From Methanotrichaceae archaeon (GTDB taxonomy: Archaea > Halobacteriota > Methanosarcinia > Methanotrichales > Methanotrichaceae): DNA of 48,259 nucleotides. Shown piece by piece: positions 41,695-48,259 of this stretch. The notes below the pieces were generated by a model that saw nothing but the letters and a program-made list of their open reading frames with translations, was not told the DNA's origin and made no database searches. The stretch covers positions 1-48,259 of the forward strand of contig CAVWIG010000035.1 in NCBI GenBank assembly GCA_963754945.1. The letters run 5' to 3'. Position numbers and translations under genes: made by a program. Each line of letters begins with the position of its first letter. Position 1 is the stretch's first letter.

Positions 41695-42519
41695 CTAGGA
41701 TGGTATGAAGATGTTATTGGTTGTTTAGGAAATTTTCTAACATTAGCCATAGGTAGGCCTACATACCCTCGATCTATGACAGCATATTTATCGAATCGTC
41801 ATGAAATCAAGATCTTTTTTTCGATATCCAATATGCTGTATATTAAGGATATCCACTTTTCACAGATGATGATCCCATATAAAGATTTAACAAGCTATTT
41901 AGATAAATTTATGAATAATTGGTTCAACTACTCTGACACACTAGAACCGGTATATGAATTATTTTTTGGTACATATTACGCTCAGCTTTATCCACGTTTT
42001 TACTTTTTGAGCTTAATACAGGCTATTGAGGCATTCCATAGAAGGATTTACGGTGACAAACGTGAATACCTATCCAAGGACGATTATGAACCACTTAGAA
42101 ACGACCTTACTCGTTCTATTCCCACCAAATTTCCAGATGGTAGGGACTACCCCCCCGGTTTTAGGGATGCTTTAAAGGCAAAGATAAAATTTGGAAACGA
42201 ATATTCTTTGAGGACACGACTTAACCAATTGTCAAATATTTGGGGAGCTTTGGATTCATTGTTTTATGAAAATACAATAAAATTTAATCATGGTATTGTA
42301 TGTACTCGAAATTATCTAACACACTATGAAAAAGCCCCTGGTTGTCCGGTTTTTGAAGGAACAGCTTTAGATTCAATTAATATCATACTGAACTCGCTTT
42401 GTTTAATAGTTTTGATAACTCATATGGGTATACCAAAGCTAGACGCGTTTAGGATAGTTCGTAGACACAATGGTAGCACTCTAACCAATGCAATAAATGA
42501 GATCTTCCAAGAATTATAA
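41695..42519 (+). pseudogene. ApeA-like HEPN protein, 5'-truncated at the IS end
   Basis: Frame open from the IS boundary (LGWYEDVIGCLGNFLTLAIGRPTYP..); FLSL.QAIEAFHR, NE.SLR.RL, and HEPN Rx4H motif RNYLTH; AT-rich. Confidence 0.75.
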
Positions 42520-42679
42520 TAATTATTAACATGAAGCGCAGTGGATAAACTGCCTTATATGTCCTTATTCTCCACCCCTTAGCCAAGAGTATGCATAAAA
42601 GTCCCGAAGGTACGCGCAATCTTCAAGTTCAAGGCATCAATCTCTATTTTGTTGATCTCCAAGTATATCAAGAGCCCTT

Positions 42680-42769
42680 CATGGTCCCTACTGGTATTTG
42701 TTCATCAAGAAGAACGGAAAAACCAGATCCAAGTACATAGGAAAAAACCTCCCCAACGAAACCAATTGA
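42680..42769 (+). pseudogene. Fragment of a small HGPYWY-motif protein (DUF6788-like)
   Basis: HGPYWYLFIKKNGKTRSKYIGKNLP..*; the N-terminal Cys-rich part is absent. Confidence 0.5.
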
Positions 42770-42929
42770 GTGATTGCGTTAGACGAACAAGATTAGCATT
42801 TGAAATAGGCACTTTAGAATATCGCTTTAGATAGAGCCATCGCGAAGATGGAATTAAAGATCTACGAATAGCATCAGAAATGCATAGTAGTGAACCCCAT
42901 TACTAAGTAAATTAGCGCCGGGGTTGGGA

Positions 42930-42960
42930 TTTTCATGGCAAGTCTTTGGCGGCCTGCCAA
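42930..42960 (-). other. tRNA intron 2 (31 nt, T-loop 59/60)
   Basis: Strict BHB: T-stem, central helix UUCA/UGAA, two AAU bulges, intron stem UGGCAGG/CUUGCCA. Confidence 0.92.
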
Positions 42961-43011
42961 TTTGAACCCAAGCGTCCCTGGAAGGGACAACAGGTCTCGA
43001 GCCTGCCGCGT

Positions 43012-43042
43012 ATGAACTCCCGCCTGCCAAAACAGACGAGAA
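43012..43042 (-). other. tRNA intron 1 (31 nt, D-loop 21/22)
   Basis: Central helix GGAC/GUUC, 3-nt bulges UAU and AUA, long intron hairpin with G-U pairs; the exon-side helix is not immediately paired (relaxed motif). Confidence 0.8.
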
Positions 43043-43088
43043 TAGTCCGCTCTGCCACCCCGGCTCGCTTTACCAAGAGTAGGGCATA

Positions 43089-43098
43089 CTTTATATCT
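43089..43098. promoter_or_regulatory. TATA-box candidate for the tRNA (possibly shared with the divergent malic enzyme gene)
   Basis: CTTTATATCT lies about 25-34 nt upstream of the tRNA 5' end. Confidence 0.55.
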
Positions 43099-43182
43099 GT
43101 TGCTACTCTGACGAACGGCCCTTCCCCTGAACAAGCTCTCTACTGGACAAGGTTTATCTCTGAATCGGCCAACGGAGCAAAG

Positions 43183-44442
43183 ATGTCTCTTCGAGAGGAA
43201 GCCCTTGAATTTCACCGACTGGCCCACGGCAAGATCGCCATCCACAGCAAAGTCCCATGCCAAACGCAGCACGACCTGAGCCTTGCATACACACCGGGAG
43301 TGGCCGAGCCCTGTCGTGAGATAGAGAAGAATCCGGATGACGTCTACCAGTACACCTCCAAAGGGAACATAGTGGCGGTTGTGACTGATGGAACTGCAGT
43401 GCTTGGCCTTGGAGATATCGGCCCCCTGGCAGCAATACCCGTGATGGAAGGCAAGGCGATACTATTCAAGAACTTCGCCGGAATAGACGCGTTTCCGATC
43501 TCCGTTACCTCCAAAGACCCTTCGGTCATCGTGGACACTGTAGCGAGGATTGAGCCCGTCTTTGGCGGAATCAACCTGGAAGACATAAGCGCCCCAAGAT
43601 GCTTCGAGGTTGAAGAGAGGCTGAAAAAGATCCTAAACATACCGGTCTTTCACGACGACCAGCACGGCACTGCCGTGGTAACCCTGGCCGCGTTGATCAA
43701 CGCCCTAAAGGTGGTGGGCAAGGACTTCGGCGACATAAGAGTAGCCGTCAGCGGTGCAGGGGCAGCGGGAATAGCGGTCACGAAGTTCCTGCTCAGCTTC
43801 GGAGCCAAAGACGTTGTCCTCTGCGACAGCAAGGGCGTGATACACACCGGTCGGACTGACCTCAACCCGGCCAAGCAGGAGATTGCCCGGATCACCAACC
43901 CACGAAAAATCACAGGAAGCCTGGCAGATGCCATCAATGGAGCTGACGTCTTCATAGGCCTATCCGTGGCGGGCATTGTAAGCCAGGAGATGGTTCGCAG
44001 CATGGCCAAGGGCTCAATAGTCTTCGCCATGGCCAACCCCGTCCCTGAGATTATGCCAGACCTGGCTAAAGACGCTGGGGCTAAGGTGGTGGCCACCGGC
44101 CGGTCCGACTTTCCCAATCAGGTCAACAACGTCCTTGGCTTCCCGGGAATCTTCCGCGGCGCATTAGACGTTAGGGCCAGCGACATAAATGAGTCGATGA
44201 AGAAAGCTGCCTCTCTGGCCATATCCAGTCTGATCGAGTCAGTCTCAGAGACCTGCATAATACCCTCCCCCTTCGACAGGAGGGTGGTTCCCTTCGTGGC
44301 TGAAGCTGTAGCAAGGGCTGCTATAGAAACGGGTGTGGCAAAGATACCCACAGACCCGAAAGAGGTCGGCAGAAAAGCTGAAGCTATGATCCGACAGTTG
44401 GAGAAGGACCAATTAACGAATTCAGGTCGTGCATCTGATTAG
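43183..44442 (+). CDS. NAD(P)-dependent malic enzyme
   Basis: LSLAYTPGVA, VTDGTAVLGLG, PVMEGK, INLEDI.APRCF, FHDDQHGT, GAGAAG, MANP.PE, ATGRSD.PNQ.NN. Start is ATG 43183, not 42946. Confidence 0.96.
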   Translation: MSLREEALEFHRLAHGKIAIHSKVPCQTQHDLSLAYTPGVAEPCREIEKNPDDVYQYTSKGNIVAVVTDGTAVLGLGDIGPLAAIPVMEGKAILFKNFAGIDAFPISVTSKDPSVIVDTVARIEPVFGGINLEDISAPRCFEVEERLKKILNIPVFHDDQHGTAVVTLAALINALKVVGKDFGDIRVAVSGAGAAGIAVTKFLLSFGAKDVVLCDSKGVIHTGRTDLNPAKQEIARITNPRKITGSLADAINGADVFIGLSVAGIVSQEMVRSMAKGSIVFAMANPVPEIMPDLAKDAGAKVVATGRSDFPNQVNNVLGFPGIFRGALDVRASDINESMKKAASLAISSLIESVSETCIIPSPFDRRVVPFVAEAVARAAIETGVAKIPTDPKEVGRKAEAMIRQLEKDQLTNSGRASD

Positions 44443-44580
44443 CTGAATGCCTATTCGAAAATCTGCATTCGGCGAGTAAAATCAAAAAGGGCCGGAATCT
44501 GGCCCCCTATTTTTCGGCTTACGGCTACATGGTTAGGGTCATGGTATTTTTTTATATTCAAACAAAGAGAGCATCGATTT

Positions 44581-44636
44581 CATTGATAACTATCATTGGT
44601 ACTTATTATAGATACTTATCATTGATACTTATCATT
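44581..44636. repeat. Four tandem imperfect 13-bp repeats (consensus CATTGATACTTAT)
   Basis: cattgataactat-cattggtacttat-tatagatacttat-cattgatacttat-catt in AT-rich intergenic DNA. Confidence 0.85.
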
Positions 44637-44952
44637 ATTTCTAATATGAATTTCCGTGCCGTATTTGAGCTTGTAAAGTCAATTTCTTTTGGAGGGATTG
44701 TGCAATGAGAATGAATGTGAAGCTGTTCACTCTTCAGATGTTTTTCTTCAAGGCAGAAGTGCCGTGCAGAAATTCATTCGCAAAATGGAACCGCCAATGC
44801 TACATCCCGAAGTTCACAGAAGATGAATCAGGACTAAAATATTCGTCTTCAAGCAAAACTGCCGTGAAGCAAGTGGAGCCTTAGCATCACAATTCACGAT
44901 TCCCCACCTTCTAGCACAGAAGAGGCCTTTAAAATAGTGATGTCGTGTTTCA

Positions 44953-45114
44953 TCACACCCTCCAGGGCCTCTTCTTGAGGTCGGAGCTGGCAGGAAGCTC
45001 TCCTTGGAACCCGCACAGGTGGCACTTCACCTTTACGATAATTCCTCCCTCTGTCCAAGCCTCGGCGATATAGCCGCACCTCGGGCAGTTGGTTAGAAAG
45101 CCTGTTTGGAACAT
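44953..45114 (-). CDS. Small zinc-ribbon protein (CxxC..CxxC)
   Basis: MFQTGFLTNCPRCG...KVKCHLCGF; 53 aa from ATG 45114. Confidence 0.55.
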   Translation of the reverse strand: MFQTGFLTNCPRCGYIAEAWTEGGIIVKVKCHLCGFQGELPASSDLKKRPWRV

Positions 45115-45460
45115 AACGATTATTGTGAAGCTTAAGAATATAATCTTGGCGAATAATACAGGCATGTAACAGATGATAAAATACATTTTATTTCCTTCAG
45201 AAGTTCTAAATTCGCGAACTGGTCACTATCGTACGAGTGCTAGAAAAACAATCAATCCAGAGGTTTCCAAATTGTCTAGCTACGTTTTTAGACTCTGTTC
45301 TATTCAGTCAGCCTGAGAACTAGAATTCGAACTCGCGGAAAGTTCGCGAGAGAAGCTAATGGCAGGCGGAAACAAACAAAATTAGATATATCATAACCAA
45401 TCATTGCCACTATCAGTGGAAGAGCGAAAGCTATAGCTAATGGCTGGAGATATGAATTGA

Positions 45461-46007
45461 ATGGCGGAGGGTATTTCTAGGCCGTGGTATGAAAATGCTT
45501 TATTGCTTGCAGCGGCAGGATCAGTTATTGCAGTTATAGGACAGTTGGCGGTACCGTAATACCGATAATGTATGGCCCACAAGATGTAAGTGATTTTTCA
45601 ATTGGTGTAGATCCCGTAGAAGGTACGTTGCTTTTATTTCCAGATAACAACCACCCTGAGAACAACTCATATGCTCTTGACCCACCTGACTGGTACGTTA
45701 AGGTTGAGGATTCTCATGCCCATTTAAGACCGTATAGATTTGGCGTTCTTTTGAAAGTTTTGAAAAGCCGGAAGGAGTATCTCTCGCATTTCATCTTCCC
45801 GAGATTCATCCGGGGGACGTTTCAAGAATGAATTTTACTCTATCAAGTTCCGCCATATCTTTAAATGATGGCGGGTATCCAATAACTATTCAGGGAGTCG
45901 GAGGAGATAGCAGAAGACGAAATACGACATTCTTCTTGAATGTGCGTCAAGGCAACCTAAAGGCATACCAACTACAACATCCTACGTCGATGAATCGTAG
46001 CACCTAG
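45461..46007 (+). pseudogene. Membrane-anchored beta-sandwich-like protein, two frameshifts
   Basis: MAEGISRPWYENALLLAAAGSVIAVIGQL / TVIPIMYGPQDVSDFSIGVDP.. / PEGVSLAF..GGYPITIQGVGGD.RRRNTTFFL stitched across frames. Confidence 0.6.
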
Positions 46008-46729
46008 CCATAGAACGCTATAAGGCAGCGAGATGATCGTTAGGAATCTATCGCGAGTGCGCAGAGGTGTAACATGTAATGCGTTATTATAATGCCTCTG
46101 CCATTATATGACGTTTATGTGTATACGTGCTTTTGGATGATTTCATGCATATGTCTTCACTGCTATCGGTTCGTCAACCCGAAGGAAGGCAGCGTTTGCT
46201 GAGCTTCGCCCTCTGAAGCCAGCAAGGATTAGAAGGAATGGCCGGGTCAGTCATGAAGGGGGTATGGGGTAAGACTTCCTCCCAGCCCGATCCCTACACA
46301 ATAGTAATAGTTTAAAAGGAGCATCTATGCATTGCGCAAGTGATTTCAGGCCCCCTCAAAGGGATAACTGGAGCCAGCCATAAAGGGAGTATGAAAGGGG
46401 AAGCTGACTCCATAGACCTAATAGGATACTATTGAATAAAAAGCTTTTGGTATCAAAATATTAAAACTTCTTAAGCTATACGTATATAAAGTTTAATAAA
46501 TTAAAGCGCAAGCTGTGCCTAAAGAATAAATCCGGCCAGGCAAAGGATTAGTATGATCGCTTCGAATATGATATAGTGCTACTAATCCGGCGCAAAAAGA
46601 AGGTTTCACCGTCATATCTTCGGTTTTCCTAGCTGCCACGCCTCCAGCTCTTGCAAGCCCTCATGACTTTAACGGCCTTCAACTATTCGAGTCTGCGCTT
46701 ACGTTTCATTTTTTAATCTCTGGCTTCTC

Positions 46730-46816
46730 CTATGATTTCACTTTCTTCTTTTTTAGCCTTGCCTTTTTGGTCATCGCTTTTTTGCTTTTGCCTTGGGCTC
46801 GGTTTTTGTCAGCCAT
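46730..46816 (-). CDS. Candidate 28-aa basic micro-protein
   Basis: MADKNRAQGKSKKAMTKKARLKKKKVKS*, preceded by AGGTGA. Confidence 0.4.
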   Translation of the reverse strand: MADKNRAQGKSKKAMTKKARLKKKKVKS

Positions 46817-46820
46817 ATCA

Positions 46821-46901
46821 TCACCTGCCGCGAGCCAAGGGTTCGATATCTCGGGCCGTCCGAACCTCCTTATGCATGCTGTTTGATGCTTTCTTTGTCA
46901 T
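46821..46901 (-). CDS. Candidate 26-aa micro-protein
   Basis: MTKKASNSMHKEVRTARDIEPLARGR*, with GGAGGT immediately upstream (unusually close). Confidence 0.28.
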   Translation of the reverse strand: MTKKASNSMHKEVRTARDIEPLARGR

Positions 46902-47079
46902 ACCTCCACATATAGGATCGCCTCACTAAAAAGAGATTGGCCAGGATAGCCGCCGGTCTCCATCCGCTCGCCACCTTGCGGCCTGGCACATAAGGGGCTA
47001 TAAAGTTTAGTCAATAGATCACTGATAGCGGTTGGGCCAATGCCGGACTTTATAAAGAGTGGCCTGGAGATACTTGCGT

Positions 47080-47631
47080 ATGGAGTCCACAATAAATATA
47101 GAGAACGTAGTCGCATCCACAAAGCTGGCTGACGAGTTCGATCTTATCAAAATTGAAGCTGAGCTGGAGGGTGCGGAGTACAACAAGAAGAAGTTCCCCG
47201 GTCTCGTCTACAGAGTCAAGGCCCCTAAAGCTGCTTTTCTCATATTCACTTCCGGCAAGGTAGTATGTACCGGAGCCAAGAACGTCGAGGATGTTCGCAC
47301 GGTCATCACCAACATGGCCAAGACGCTCAAGTCCATCGGCTTCGAGAAGATCGATCTGGAGCCCGAGATCTACGTTCAGAATGTTGTGGCCAGTGCTGAT
47401 CTAAAGACCGACTTGAACTTAAACGCCATTGCTCTAGGCCTAGGCCTGGAGAACATCGAGTACGAGCCCGAGCAGTTTCCGGGGCTAGTTTACAGGATCA
47501 AGCAGCCTAAGGTAGTAGTACTCATATTCAGCTCCGGCAAACTGGTGATCACCGGCGGCAAATCGCCGGAGGAGTGCGAAGAAGGCGTACGGATCGTCAG
47601 GATGCAGCTTGAGAACATGGGACTACTTTAA
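47080..47631 (+). CDS. tbp: TATA-box binding protein
   Basis: Two repeats IENVVAS..FPGLVYR..LIF.SGK.V.TG and [13 protein letters not shown]; ATG 47080, TTTATAAA about 25-30 nt upstream. Confidence 0.98.
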   Translation: MESTINIENVVASTKLADEFDLIKIEAELEGAEYNKKKFPGLVYRVKAPKAAFLIFTSGKVVCTGAKNVEDVRTVITNMAKTLKSIGFEKIDLEPEIYVQNVVASADLKTDLNLNAIALGLGLENIEYEPEQFPGLVYRIKQPKVVVLIFSSGKLVITGGKSPEECEEGVRIVRMQLENMGLL

Positions 47632-48259
47632 AGTGCCAAAACGTAGTTTTTTTGCTTCGTCGATCTTCAGAGCATACATGCCAGGAAACGGCAAATTGAT
47701 AACTTGAAGAGGGGCAATATTGACACGTTCCCGTTACTCCACGTGTCCACGAACGAGGGGGTGCTGTCCACATCTCGGGATCGTAAGTCACAGATAAGCC
47801 ATCTCTCGGCCATCAAGTGATCTGTGATCACGTCCTATGATTCATCGAGGGAGGAGATCACGGCCTTAAAGGTCATTGTAAAATTAATTTTTGATGCTTT
47901 ATGATAATAGATCGATTGATTATTACGATGGCCTCCATAATCTAAAAGACGAAAGCAGATATCTAAGTCACGACGATAGATACACGGCGAAGAGATGGCC
48001 TCAACTTGCTTGAAAATACTTCTATCATCTCTTCGCTCTTCTTCCATCAACTCGAAAGGCTCATTCTGGCAAGAAACGTAAAGATAGGATGAAATACATT
48101 AAGCGTTAATGATTATAATTTGGTGAAGGGACGGCACACACTCTGTCTTTCATATTTCATCCTCCGTTCCTTTGCCTTCAAGCGAAGGGAACCTCCAATA
48201 AGGACTCTGGCCAAGAGCTTATCCCTTCGCTCTCACCTACTAAATCTCATTTCCAGAAT

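Larger units (their letters stand above)
42916..43064 (-). tRNA. tRNA-Ser(CGA) with two non-canonical introns (21/22 and 59/60)
   Basis: Spliced 87-nt product: acceptor GCCGGGG/CCCCGGC, discriminator G, D arm GCAGAGCGGACTA|ACGC, anticodon arm GCAGG-CT-CGA-GA-CCTGT, long variable arm GTCCCT-TCC-AGGGAC, T arm TTGGG-TTCAAA|T-CCCAA. CCA not encoded. Confidence 0.92.

Noticed and set aside
42780-42900. Integrase C-terminal relic next to the tRNA
   Set aside because: Only a vague resemblance (HREDGIKDLR) with stops; no R-H-R-Y catalytic pattern and no att repeat found.
42946-43182. 79-aa N-terminal extension of malic enzyme in the ORF track (and antisense ORF 42874-43272)
   Set aside because: It overlaps the tRNA-Ser gene and its promoter; homology starts at MSLREEALEFH (ATG 43183).
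44581-44636. Possible CRISPR array
   Set aside because: Units are 13 bp, contiguous, with no spacers and no cas genes.
46150-46450. Possible ncRNA in purine-rich intergenic DNA
   Set aside because: No recognisable family or convincing stems by eye.
47597-48259. Short minus-strand ORFs after tbp
   Set aside because: No motifs and interrupted frames; a product cannot be supported.

Overview
Archaeal chromosomal window, most likely from a Methanosarcinales-type methanogen (Methanothrix-like; inferred from gene content: mmp11, VOR operon, ADP-dependent sugar kinase, TBP, MCM, NMD3). Intact housekeeping blocks (srp54; XRE-cupin/acyl-CoA synthetase-ferredoxin/vorB/vorA; cbiK; udg; mcm-DUF424-nmd3-dnaG-pth2-truD-mmp11-IorA-like; ADP-kinase; malic enzyme; tbp) alternate with decaying accessory patches. 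These hold three near-identical IS5-family copies, one IS630, a cluster of intact and broken toxin-antitoxin modules, a tandem family of secreted beta-rich proteins, and a HEAT-repeat/ApeA-HEPN relic joined at an IS without a target duplication. The most striking feature, invisible to the ORF track, is a minus-strand tRNA-Ser(CGA) gene (42916-43064) split by two 31-nt introns at non-canonical positions: D-loop 21/22 with a relaxed bulge-helix motif, and T-loop 59/60 with a perfect bulge-helix-bulge. All calls come from reading the sequence and recalling family motifs; no database search was run.
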